From positions 16,052-80,051 of the forward strand of contig JAYQJW010000007.1 in NCBI GenBank assembly GCA_038142325.1: DNA of 64,000 nt, in the 5' to 3' direction. Positions 1-8,840 of this stretch are shown in pieces. How positions within the stretch are numbered: position 1 is the stretch's first letter; every line of letters begins with the position of its first letter. The notes beneath the pieces are model-generated. The model had not been told where the DNA came from. It saw only the letters and a list, made by a program, of their open reading frames with translations, and searched no databases. This DNA comes from Gammaproteobacteria bacterium. GTDB taxonomy: Bacteria; Pseudomonadota; Gammaproteobacteria; GCA-002705445; GCA-002716945. A program made the position numbers and the translations under genes.

Positions 1-100
1 TTTCTTATCTTTTGGAACACAGATGCCATCATATCTATACAATCCCTTAATACCCTTTAAAATTCAAACAAAATTTGATAGATTTGGGTGGGGTATATAA

Positions 101-493
101 ATGAGTTCTTTGTATAAAGCATTTTTATTTTTTCTGATAGCTGTACAGCCTTTGCACAGTTATACGTATATAGACATCAAAACTGCAGAAGATTCAAATG
201 GCTTTCATCTACTCCATGCTGAACTCTGTGGTTCAAAATACTCAAATTCTATTTCACACACTGAAAAACTTAGTGAGTTACTAGATAAAATAAATCAAGC
301 TGTTTTAAGTGAAATGAAAACTGACTGTGTATGCTGCCAGTCTATTGATACATCTAGTATTGATACAATCGTCATGCATCCATATTATTTGGAATTTTCT
401 AAGTCTGAATACATCACCGACAGTCTCTATTATTTTCAAGTTTCAGAAAACTATTCAAATCAAAATTCTGTTAGAGCACCTCCAGTTATTTAA
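101..493 (+). CDS. DUF2946/CruR-like upstream regulatory ORF (signal peptide, CxxC, C-terminal RAPP)
   Basis: Hydrophobic N-terminus, a CVCC cluster and the C-terminus SVRAPPVI. It lies 36 nt upstream of a copper TonB-dependent receptor, the DUF2946 family pattern. Confidence 0.7.
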   Translation: MSSLYKAFLFFLIAVQPLHSYTYIDIKTAEDSNGFHLLHAELCGSKYSNSISHTEKLSELLDKINQAVLSEMKTDCVCCQSIDTSSIDTIVMHPYYLEFSKSEYITDSLYYFQVSENYSNQNSVRAPPVI

Positions 494-529
494 TTTCAAT
501 TTAATTAATTAACTAATCTGGAGGATAAA

Positions 530-2545
530 ATGAACAGATTTTTATTTTTAATCTTCGTCGCAGTAATAATAAACAATGTTGCAGCTGAAGAAATAACTGA
601 TATACAAATAAGTAGTCCAGTCATGGACAAAGCAATAATAAGTAATGAAGCCATTGAAGAAGTAGATACTCGTAATGCTGTTGATGGTGGCGATCTGCTT
701 AAAAATATTAATGGTATAAATACTATTAGAAGAGGTGGCCATGGACTTGAAGCAGTTATTCGTGGACAAAGCGATCAAAGGTTAAATACCTTTTTAGATG
801 GTGCTATGGTCTATGGAGCATGCTCATCAAAAATGGATCCAGCAAGTACTTATGCTAATGTTAACAACTATGATTCTGTTACTGTCATTAAAGGAACTCA
901 ATCAGTTCTTTTTGGTGCAGGTGGACCTGGAGGCATAGTTAGCTTTAAACGTGTAACAAATCCAGTAACCAAACCAGAATATAGTCTAGGACAGAGTTTT
1001 GATTCCAATGCAGGTGCTTACACAACAAGCGGTAATATGGTATTTCCTATTTCATCAAACTCTTATTTAAGACTTAATGGTTCAACTTCAAATGCTGGTA
1101 ACTATGAAACTGGATCTGGTATCAAGCCTTTGACAGAATATTCTACAACTGATTATACAGTCATATTAGGCACACTTTTATCAGATGGTTCTAAATTAGA
1201 AGTTAACTACTCGAATAACAGACAAGATAAAGTTGGTTATCCAGGACTTGCTATGGATATTGCCTATAGTTATACAGATATGTATACGCTGAAGTATCAC
1301 AGAGTTACTCCACTAGGTATATTTTCATCTATGAATCTAGAACTATTCAATACTGACATTGACCATTTGATGGACAATACAACTCTCGGGAGAAAATCAG
1401 TTGGAGCTATGGGAGCCATGGCTTGGCCAACTGCATCAGATACATATGGGGGAAGAGTAATAGGTACTATTGGCTCGAATATGAGAACAGGTATTGATTA
1501 CGAGCATAATACTAAAAATGCTGAGCAAAATATGGTCATGAGCATGATGGGCTCATTGACAAATGTTCACATGACATATCTATGGCCAGATGTTGAAACT
1601 GAAAAACTAGGCTTATTTTTTGAGCAAGATTTAAAAAATATTTCATATGGATTAAGATACGATCAAGTAGAGCTTGATCCAAGAAAAGCTAATGTTGATC
1701 CCGGAACTGGAACAATGCAAATCACAGCAAATGAAGTCTATGCAAATTCTGATAACGGTGGTTATGCAGCTGCAACCAAAAGAGAGTTTGATAACTTAAG
1801 TGGTTTTTTAAGATTTAACGATATAATGTCTGGAACATCATTGAGTTTGAGTATAAATGAGAGGGCGCCTGATACAACTGAGCTATTTCAATGCTAAAAA
1901 GCATAACTCTAGCGCAATGATGAGGCATGTTGGTAATCCACATCTATCCTCTGAGCGTCATATGACAGTAGAGCTAGGTTATGATGGAATGGTTTTGGGC
2001 AATCATATTAAAGGCTCAATTTATTATAATGATGTCGATGATTACATAACAACACATCGTGTTGGTGATAGCGCTATGAAAGCTAGAACTTACAAAAATG
2101 TTGATGCAACTTTATTTGGATATGAAATCACAGCACATAGAGTAATCTCAGGTATAGATACAACGTTGAATCTTAACTACACAAAAGGAGATGACGACAC
2201 GCAAAATAGACCTCTACCTCAAATTATGCCCCTTGCTGGTGACTTAACTTTTGAAGTGAAATCTGCAAAAAGTCAAACTATGGTCTTAGAATAAATTTTG
2301 CTGATACTCAAGATAGATTTGATTCAAAAGTACTAGATGTTGGAAGAACTGCAGGATATACAGTCTATGATATTTTCGCTGGTTTTGAACCAACTCCTAA
2401 TTTACGTTTTACAGTTGGAATGGGTAATATTACTGATAAAAGATATGCTACTCATTTAAATACAACTAACACTCTAGATTCCTCAGCAACTCGTACAGAT
2501 GAGCCAGGAAGAACACTATTTGGTTCAATCAATTACGATTTTTAA
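530..2545 (+). CDS. TonB-dependent copper receptor (OprC/NosA-like), split by two apparent frameshift errors
   Basis: Plug motif GACSSKMDP (CxxxM) plus DHLMDN (HxM), the OprC copper site. ORFs 530-1897 and 1857-2294 and a third frame ending EPGRTLFGSINYDF* at 2545 (C-terminal Phe of outer-membrane barrels). Indels at ~1888 (T run) and ~2270 (A run). RBS GGAGG upstream. Confidence 0.85.
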
Positions 2546-2552
2546 GCAAAAA

Positions 2553-2591
2553 ATAGTCTAGTAGAGATATATTCTCTGCTAGACTATGTTT
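2553..2591 (+). terminator. Hairpin, probable intrinsic terminator or mRNA-stabilising stem after the receptor
   Basis: ATAGTCTAGTAGAGA-tatat-TCTCTGCTAGACTAT inverted repeat, followed by GTTT. Confidence 0.6.
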
Positions 2592-2608
2592 CTGAATTAA
2601 AAAATATA

Positions 2609-3235
2609 ATGGAAATAACATCAATATTAACTAAAGGTGGGCCTGTAGTTTTTATACTACTTGCTCTATCTGTCTACGTTCTCTCAATAGTAATTTATAA
2701 GATTCATATTCTTCTTAAGGTAAATTTCTTTAGAAGTGATGTTACACAAGATAGTGTTTCTATGTGGCTTAATGATAATAAAGAAGATGCATATAACTTA
2801 ATTTCAAAAGACATTCATCCTCAAAAAGAAGTTGTCTCTTTTACGATGTATCACTTACTTAAAAATAATTTAACTCAAGATAAAGAACGTTATCTTAGAG
2901 AGGAAGTTTCAAGATTAAGTCAAGAGAGGCTTGAGTACTATGAATCTAATCTTGATACGTTGAAAGTAATAGCAATGGTAGCGCCACTGCTGGGCCTACT
3001 TGGTACAGTATTTGGGATGATTGATGCATTTCAGCAAATGGAGATGGCAGGAAATAATATTAATCCCTCGACTTTATCTGGTGGTATTTGGGAGGCATTA
3101 TTGACAACTGCTGTAGGTCTGTCAGTTGCAATACCAACTGTATTATTTGAGAGTTACTTTAGAGCTACAAATGAGAAACTAAAAATTAATATAGAGCATT
3201 CTGTAACTAAGATTCTTACAGCTCACATGAATTAA
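2609..3235 (+). CDS. exbB: MotA/TolQ/ExbB proton channel family protein
   Basis: APLLGLLGTVFGMI and GGIWEALLTTAVGLSVAIP signature motifs. Confidence 0.85.
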   Translation: MEITSILTKGGPVVFILLALSVYVLSIVIYKIHILLKVNFFRSDVTQDSVSMWLNDNKEDAYNLISKDIHPQKEVVSFTMYHLLKNNLTQDKERYLREEVSRLSQERLEYYESNLDTLKVIAMVAPLLGLLGTVFGMIDAFQQMEMAGNNINPSTLSGGIWEALLTTAVGLSVAIPTVLFESYFRATNEKLKINIEHSVTKILTAHMN

Positions 3236-3681
3236 TTACAGCAACCTTTATTAAACTTTTTTAACCTCCAATAATTATAAGGCCAAGGTGTAAGAAAACC
3301 TTCTATTAACATTAGTGGCATTACCATTAAATTAATCTTAGCCCCACCGGTTACTAAGTAATCCACAAGATTCATTGCAATCTCCATACTAATCATAGAA
3401 ATCAAACTCATCCCTATGGCTGTTCTAAAAGCAGATTTTAAATTCATTTGTTTAAGTAAGATAACTGTCTCAAGAATAATGCTTGTGATAATTCCATTTG
3501 TCATAGCTAGAAGCATAATGGATAATGTGCTCCAAGGAATCTCGTTGACTTGAAAATAATATATGGTTCCCATATCACCGATACTACAGCCAATTAAACA
3601 CCACATAGTATTATAAGCTGATTGTCTCCATGTACTGTTGCAATTCCAATCTATGCTATTATCAAGCGCTGTAAAAATCAT
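3232..3681 (-). CDS. DUF4396-like membrane protein
   Basis: WCLIGCSIGD, SMISMEIAMN and PYNYWRLK motifs; several hydrophobic helices. Confidence 0.65.
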   Translation of the reverse strand: MIFTALDNSIDWNCNSTWRQSAYNTMWCLIGCSIGDMGTIYYFQVNEIPWSTLSIMLLAMTNGIITSIILETVILLKQMNLKSAFRTAIGMSLISMISMEIAMNLVDYLVTGGAKINLMVMPLMLIEGFLTPWPYNYWRLKKFNKGCCN

Positions 3682-3980
3682 AATTCAATACAGATATTAT
3701 TATCTTCAATAATTGTTTTGTATGTTTTGACTGGTGCGTCCGCTGGCTCATTTAATGGCTGACCAGTCTCTAAATCGAAATAACTTCCATGTAATGAACA
3801 CTTAATTGTTTTATTTTTTAAACATCCAAGTATTAATTCTGAGTTCTCATGACTACACATATTATCGAGTACGAAATATCTTCCTTCGGTGTTTGCTACA
3901 AGGTATGAATGATTATTGTGTACAACTTCTATCATATCATTATTTGAGAAATCATCTTTTGAGCAAAGAGAGACAATCAC
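3678..3980 (-). CDS. Rieske-type [2Fe-2S] ferredoxin
   Basis: CSH...CSLHGSYFDLETG (CxH/CxxH) in a 100-aa protein. Confidence 0.9.
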   Translation of the reverse strand: MIVSLCSKDDFSNNDMIEVVHNNHSYLVANTEGRYFVLDNMCSHENSELILGCLKNKTIKCSLHGSYFDLETGQPLNEPADAPVKTYKTIIEDNNICIEL

Positions 3981-3989
3981 TTTTTAAAC

Positions 3990-5087
3990 CTATCTAGTGC
4001 TGAGCCACTTTTGATAACTTTTAATATTTCTTTGAGAGCATTGTTCTATGCTGTTACCAGATATACGATGAAGGATGATGGCAGACCCAAGCTGAATACA
4101 TGACATCATCGGACCATCTTTTCCAGAGAGCGCATCGAGTCCTGACTTTAGAGTTGCTTTAGCGATATCAATTGCATCAACTTTTGATTCTATTTTATCT
4201 TTTGTTTCTTTTCTTACAATATCTTCAGGAATATCGACTGCTCTTGATGATTGTAAAATATCAAGGTCCTCTGGCTTAACTTCAAATACATCATCTTGAT
4301 TATTTATATTCTTATAAAAATGCACTTTTCCAGCTTGTCTAAGCGATGGAATAATTCCTCCTTCTGTTCCTCTAATAACACTCGCAGAATTAAAGCCAGC
4401 ATTTCTAGATAACTCTAGATATATCGGTGGATAGGGCTTATGAACGAAGCCTGTGAAATAATGATCATTTTTAGAAGTTACAGGTTTGACAAGAACTTCA
4501 ACTGTAGTGATAACAGGGCGCTTGATAATTTTTTTCCTAAGCTCCATTAAACTATATAGTTTAGGATTAAAGATTGACTGATCAGCGTATGCCCACCCTA
4601 TGTTTTTATCCTCTAATCGATTAATAATTTCTTCATGGCTGTTTAGGGAATTATAACCAAGCTCTTTTAAGGTTAGATGATGAGTACATCCATATTTAGG
4701 CCCAACGGCAAGAACTCCATGAGAGAGAATCGGATAACCTAACTCAGCTAGAACTGGCAATATAAAAATTGATGATGGTAAATTTCGAGAAAAACCATCA
4801 TAAGGGTCTGCAATATTTATAAGACTCTCACAAGATGTAGTTTTAGTGATAGTTGATTCTATGATGGCATCATGCACCCCAAGATTTTCATCCATCGTCT
4901 CCCTTTTCATTCGAAGCGCAATTAGGAATATTGCGGATTGAACAGGATCAATCTCACCGTTAAGTATATCTGCCATCGTACGTTTTGCTTCCTCTCGGGA
5001 GATGTTTTTACTTAGCTCAGGTCCAGTAGCTATTCTTTGAATTACCGATTTAATATTTTCTTGTATCCCTGTGTGACTTTTACTCAT
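3990..5087 (-). CDS. Anthranilate phosphoribosyltransferase-like (glycosyltransferase family 3, YbiB/TrpD2-like) protein
   Basis: N-terminal helical domain (SAIFLIALRMKRET), DPYDG, GFVHKPY and RGTEGG. The canonical TrpD GTGGD motif is absent. The last few codons may be frameshifted. Confidence 0.7.
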   Translation of the reverse strand: MSKSHTGIQENIKSVIQRIATGPELSKNISREEAKRTMADILNGEIDPVQSAIFLIALRMKRETMDENLGVHDAIIESTITKTTSCESLINIADPYDGFSRNLPSSIFILPVLAELGYPILSHGVLAVGPKYGCTHHLTLKELGYNSLNSHEEIINRLEDKNIGWAYADQSIFNPKLYSLMELRKKIIKRPVITTVEVLVKPVTSKNDHYFTGFVHKPYPPIYLELSRNAGFNSASVIRGTEGGIIPSLRQAGKVHFYKNINNQDDVFEVKPEDLDILQSSRAVDIPEDIVRKETKDKIESKVDAIDIAKATLKSGLDALSGKDGPMMSCIQLGSAIILHRISGNSIEQCSQRNIKSYQKWLSTR

Positions 5088-5683
5088 TTAAATACAATCC
5101 ATGTTGTTGCAATATATTTTGAACCATTTCTTACTGTAACACCACGATGTTCGTGGGTCCAAAAAGGTGGAAATATTACTAATTTTCCTTGTTCTGGTTT
5201 TATTTTAACTTTTTGATGTAAAAATTCCGTTTCACCACCAGGCCCTTCTACATCGTTTAAGTACCAAATAGCAACAAGTTGTCTATCGCTCATTTGATGA
5301 CTTCCGGTATCAACATGCCAATGAAAAAACTCATCTTTATCAGTCCTTTGTATCGCATAGCCAATATCCTTAAATTTGCCATTGAAAAAATCATATTCTT
5401 TTTTCATTTTTGCTAGCGCTTTGGAGAGGCTAATAAAAAATAATTCATCTATATCTTTCCAGGAGTCTTTACCGCTTATGACCATATCTGTAGATTGTTT
5501 GACAGAATCATTTTCTTCAAAGTTAGGACCAACTCTACCGCGGTAGTGATCATCTTTTGAATCCTCAAATCGTTGAATTATTTCACTACATTTTTCAGGT
5601 GATAATTCATTATCAAATTCAAAAATGAAACTTCCAGGCGACTTTTCAATAAGCCGTTTATCTATCTTAATTTCATTAGCCAT
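5084..5683 (-). CDS. 2OG-Fe(II) oxygenase
   Basis: WHVD...WYLND..GGET..FPPFWTHEHRG...KY: HxD...H triad in a prolyl-hydroxylase-like fold. Confidence 0.85.
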   Translation of the reverse strand: MANEIKIDKRLIEKSPGSFIFEFDNELSPEKCSEIIQRFEDSKDDHYRGRVGPNFEENDSVKQSTDMVISGKDSWKDIDELFFISLSKALAKMKKEYDFFNGKFKDIGYAIQRTDKDEFFHWHVDTGSHQMSDRQLVAIWYLNDVEGPGGETEFLHQKVKIKPEQGKLVIFPPFWTHEHRGVTVRNGSKYIATTWIVFK

Positions 5684-5723
5684 AATATTTATATTCTGCA
5701 GTAAGTGTTATCATCTGAATAGT

Positions 5724-6287
5724 ATGGCAATAAGAATTAAAAGCAAGTGGTCTAAAACTGTTAAAAGAAAGAAGACGCCTGAAGACTATGGAAGTGCACT
5801 TTCATTTATATCTTGGAGACTATCTCTAGACAAAGCAAAGACGCTTCATGGTGAAGATTTTGAATATGAAAATGACCATCAAAGGGTTTCTATAATCGTG
5901 GAGTATATGTCTTTTCAAGTGCACCTAGTAGATAGATTATTGTTTGAAGATAAAACGGATGATGAATTTAGAAATCAAGTTATGAACTCTCTTGGTAAAC
6001 AGTCATCAAGAATTATGCAAGAGAACTGTGAAGACCTATTTGGCCCAGGAGATTATAAAAAAGGATACATCAACACTTTAAACATGAGGTCATCAGAATA
6101 TTCTGCATTTGAATTTTCAAGAACAGGGAGTAATTATTCTTTGTATAGACATTTATCTCAAAAGTGTCAGGATGTTATGGGATACAGTCAGACGAATAAA
6201 TGGGTGATGGATCAGATTATTGATATAGATTCGGTAGAAATACTTAAAAAAATACTTGAAGTTTATGACTCGGTAACAACTACCTAG
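5724..6287 (+). CDS. Conserved hypothetical protein (dsr-locus associated)
   Basis: Long ORF. ATG 5724 (MAIRIKSKW) is preferred because the 5625 start overlaps the opposite-strand gene. Confidence 0.65.
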   Translation: MAIRIKSKWSKTVKRKKTPEDYGSALSFISWRLSLDKAKTLHGEDFEYENDHQRVSIIVEYMSFQVHLVDRLLFEDKTDDEFRNQVMNSLGKQSSRIMQENCEDLFGPGDYKKGYINTLNMRSSEYSAFEFSRTGSNYSLYRHLSQKCQDVMGYSQTNKWVMDQIIDIDSVEILKKILEVYDSVTTT

Positions 6288-6288
6288 T

Positions 6289-6483
6289 TTAAGCTTTATA
6301 CTTTTCTACGTTATCAAAGTTGTTATTCTTACCGTCTTCGTATCCAGCCTGATATGCGTCAGTTACACGCTGCTCTTCTACTTCAGGCGAATCTTGGTAA
6401 CCTTCTTGCCAGCCTAGGATGTACTGATCATCAGCATTCATGTTTTCAAGTTCTGTTACTTTATCAAAATATTCTTGGTTCAT
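6289..6483 (-). CDS. Small acidic protein resembling the Alvin_2107 family of sulfur oxidisers
   Basis: YILGWQEGY..P.VEEQRVTDAYQAGYEDGK pattern recognised from memory. Translationally coupled to the upstream ORF. Confidence 0.6.
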   Translation of the reverse strand: MNQEYFDKVTELENMNADDQYILGWQEGYQDSPEVEEQRVTDAYQAGYEDGKNNNFDNVEKYKA

Positions 6484-6716
6484 TATGTTCTTATAGACCC
6501 CTTAATTTGATGAGCAATGTCGACCAACCTATTCGCTAGTTTTTCGTGCTCTTCTTTATATTCTTTTACGATGCCTTTAGGATTATGGTGAATGTCCTTC
6601 TCTGTAATCCCTTTTTCTCTTTCAAGTTCCATGAATTTCTTTTGAATCTCTAATATTCTAGAGATGATTTTTTTTCTTTCTTCCTGAAGTTCTTTTTCAT
6701 TAACTGCGTCAGTCAT
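6483..6716 (-). CDS. Small helical hypothetical protein
   Basis: 77 aa; TAATG stop/start overlaps with both neighbours. Confidence 0.65.
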   Translation of the reverse strand: MTDAVNEKELQEERKKIISRILEIQKKFMELEREKGITEKDIHHNPKGIVKEYKEEHEKLANRLVDIAHQIKGSIRT

Positions 6717-7054
6717 TAATATCCACCTTTTCTCCTACTCTCAGGTAAACCACCGATTCTACCTGCTTGTTTACTTGGATTGCCAGGAAATAGATCAAAT
6801 AATGTTTTTGAATCTATCTTTTCACCCCATAACTTTCCCATATCTTTAATCATGTTCCTAGTGTTAGGCTGATTCTCTTTATTGTTAATAAATTCGTCTC
6901 TTAGATAATTTATGACATCCCAATGTCTTTCACTAAGTTCAATTCCTTCTTGTTGCGCGATTACTTTCGCTATATCCTCTGTCCAATCTTCTATATTAGT
7001 CAGAAAACCAGTATCTGTTGTAGATATTTCATTTCCGTTAACTTCAACTTTCAT
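6716..7054 (-). CDS. DsrC/TusE-family protein lacking C-terminal cysteines (RspA-type)
   Basis: Clear similarity to DsrC at 12435 (GFL.N.EDW...A...GIELSERHW.VINYLR...LFP), but it ends AGRIGGLPESRRKGGY and has no Cys. RBS GGAG upstream. Confidence 0.85.
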   Translation of the reverse strand: MKVEVNGNEISTTDTGFLTNIEDWTEDIAKVIAQQEGIELSERHWDVINYLRDEFINNKENQPNTRNMIKDMGKLWGEKIDSKTLFDLFPGNPSKQAGRIGGLPESRRKGGY

Positions 7055-7135
7055 TTAAGTCTCCATGCCTGAATTCATCAATATTGGAAAATTCTAATAT
7101 ACTAAAAAGTATAAGTCTAGATTGATGTCAGTATA

Positions 7136-7816
7136 TTATTCTTCTTCTTTGAAATTATTCACTGCATCTATTGATTTATGCGGAAGAAATATACCACATC
7201 CGTAGAGCCTCTTCTCTCCAACACCTTCTTCTTGTAGTCTAAGCGACTCTTTTTTAGAGAGATCTGCAATCATTAGGGATCTCGTATAAAAAGTTTCAGA
7301 TCCAAATCTAATCATTTTCGATTGTCCGCATAAAGCTTTTCTGAGATTTATGTTGTATTGCTTGAGCTCATTTTGAATTAGCTCAAGAAATTTATCCTCA
7401 TCAATATTAGGATCACTTACGATGAATCTACAAAAAAGATCTTTAACTATTACAAAACTTTTAACCTTTGATTTACCAATTTTCAATTTATTACCGAAAA
7501 GTTTGATCTCTTGACCCTCAATCGTTTTGATATGATCTATCTGACTTTTATTGATACGCATAATAAGCTTGGCTCTTTTTGATAGAGGTATATTTTGACC
7601 ATCTGGTCGTACCCAACCATTGCCCGACATCGGACCATGAAGCGTTTGAATTGCATTCCTTTTGTCATTTTTAATCTCCGGTATGAGATTAAGTATCTCT
7701 GAGGAGAGTTCGAAGGCATGATCATATGGGAGTTCTTTACAGTCAACTGAGAATGATAACTCAATCATATCTGAGGTATTTGATGGAGGTTTATTTTCTT
7801 GTGATTCTTGCCACAT
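7136..7816 (-). CDS. cas6: Orphan Cas6 (MYXAN/Cmx6-like) RAMP endoribonuclease homologue
   Basis: N-terminal LPYDHAFEL and C-terminal Gly-rich loop SLRLQEEGVGEKRLYGCGIFLPH (GxGx5GxG), typical of Cas6. Confidence 0.8.
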   Translation of the reverse strand: MWQESQENKPPSNTSDMIELSFSVDCKELPYDHAFELSSEILNLIPEIKNDKRNAIQTLHGPMSGNGWVRPDGQNIPLSKRAKLIMRINKSQIDHIKTIEGQEIKLFGNKLKIGKSKVKSFVIVKDLFCRFIVSDPNIDEDKFLELIQNELKQYNINLRKALCGQSKMIRFGSETFYTRSLMIADLSKKESLRLQEEGVGEKRLYGCGIFLPHKSIDAVNNFKEEE

Positions 7817-7818
7817 AA

Positions 7819-8013
7819 TTATTCTTTTATGTATCCACTGAAAACACTTTCTACACGATCTTGCCAGTTTTCAGGAGTATCAGGAAAAGGAGGTTTCAAA
7901 TCAAATCTTATAAACATTTCGCCTTCTATTGCTTTTTGTTTTATCACTTCTAAAAACTCATCAAATGTTTCAACATCCTTATGTTCAATTAATAGCGTGC
8001 TCAAATACAACAT
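7819..8013 (-). CDS. Small conserved protein between the TauD-like gene and cas6
   Basis: 64 aa, FDLKPPFPDTPENWQDRVE. It overlaps the TauD-like stop and ends 2 nt before the cas6 start. Confidence 0.65.
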   Translation of the reverse strand: MLYLSTLLIEHKDVETFDEFLEVIKQKAIEGEMFIRFDLKPPFPDTPENWQDRVESVFSGYIKE

Positions 8014-8840
8014 TATAATCTCTCGTATGATCTAATCCTTAAAAGCTTCCTTTGTACTTTATCATCTTTAAATGAATTTCTTCCATGTAAAATATTATTA
8101 CTCAAGATTCCCTCATTTTTAGATAGCTTGTAAGTAATAGAATACTTGGAACAATTATTTTCAATAACATTTATCAATTTAGACATAGCTGTTAATGTAT
8201 TGTCACTCATCTTGATATTCTCTTTTCTCATAGAAAATCTCATATGCAATTTTTCATAATCATTATCGAATGAAAAAATATATGTAGATATTTCTGATCT
8301 TTTTGAACCTTGACTTTCAGGAATTGTTATAGCTCTTTTATTCATTAAAACTTCTATATCATCGTAACTCAGTACATACTCTCTCATAGCTAATTCATGA
8401 TCTAACAGGTAATTTTCACCGCCATCATCAGCTGGGTTAATGCAATGGAGCAACCATGAAAACAATGGTTTCTTATCATAGTTCCCATCGGTGTGCCAAT
8501 TTAGAGCCTTATTTGTATAGGGGATATATTGTATTTTCTGATTTTTAATTGATGAAATTGTACTTATCTCATTTGCCTCAATGTTGTTACAGTCAAATGT
8601 TTTCATCCCTACGGCTTTTGCAAAGTCTAAAAGACATGAATTGGACTCTAAATCTCTATTACTTCTATACAAACAACTGTTGAATCTATCCAATGTTGAT
8701 CTAATTTTAGATATTTCATTTTTTGTAGTGCGGTTAATGTCTTTAATTTCCACAGATATTTCATTGATGTTTTTAGGGATATTGTTCTCTTTCTGGGAAG
8801 CCCATTTAAGGAATTTGCTTGATTTTGAGCTTAGAAACAT
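8013..8840 (-). CDS. TauD/TfdA-family 2OG-Fe(II) dioxygenase
   Basis: LNWHTDG (HxD), LLHC..PA..GGEN and NNILHGR...R..LR motifs. Confidence 0.8.
   Translation of the reverse strand: MFLSSKSSKFLKWASQKENNIPKNINEISVEIKDINRTTKNEISKIRSTLDRFNSCLYRSNRDLESNSCLLDFAKAVGMKTFDCNNIEANEISTISSIKNQKIQYIPYTNKALNWHTDGNYDKKPLFSWLLHCINPADDGGENYLLDHELAMREYVLSYDDIEVLMNKRAITIPESQGSKRSEISTYIFSFDNDYEKLHMRFSMRKENIKMSDNTLTAMSKLINVIENNCSKYSITYKLSKNEGILSNNILHGRNSFKDDKVQRKLLRIRSYERL

Noticed and set aside
3990-5087. Call as true trpD
   Set aside because: It lacks the GTGGD and KHGN motifs and has no trp gene context.
5625-5723. N-terminal extension of the 5625-6287 ORF
   Set aside because: It overlaps the start of the divergent 2OG oxygenase; ATG 5724 is the more plausible start.
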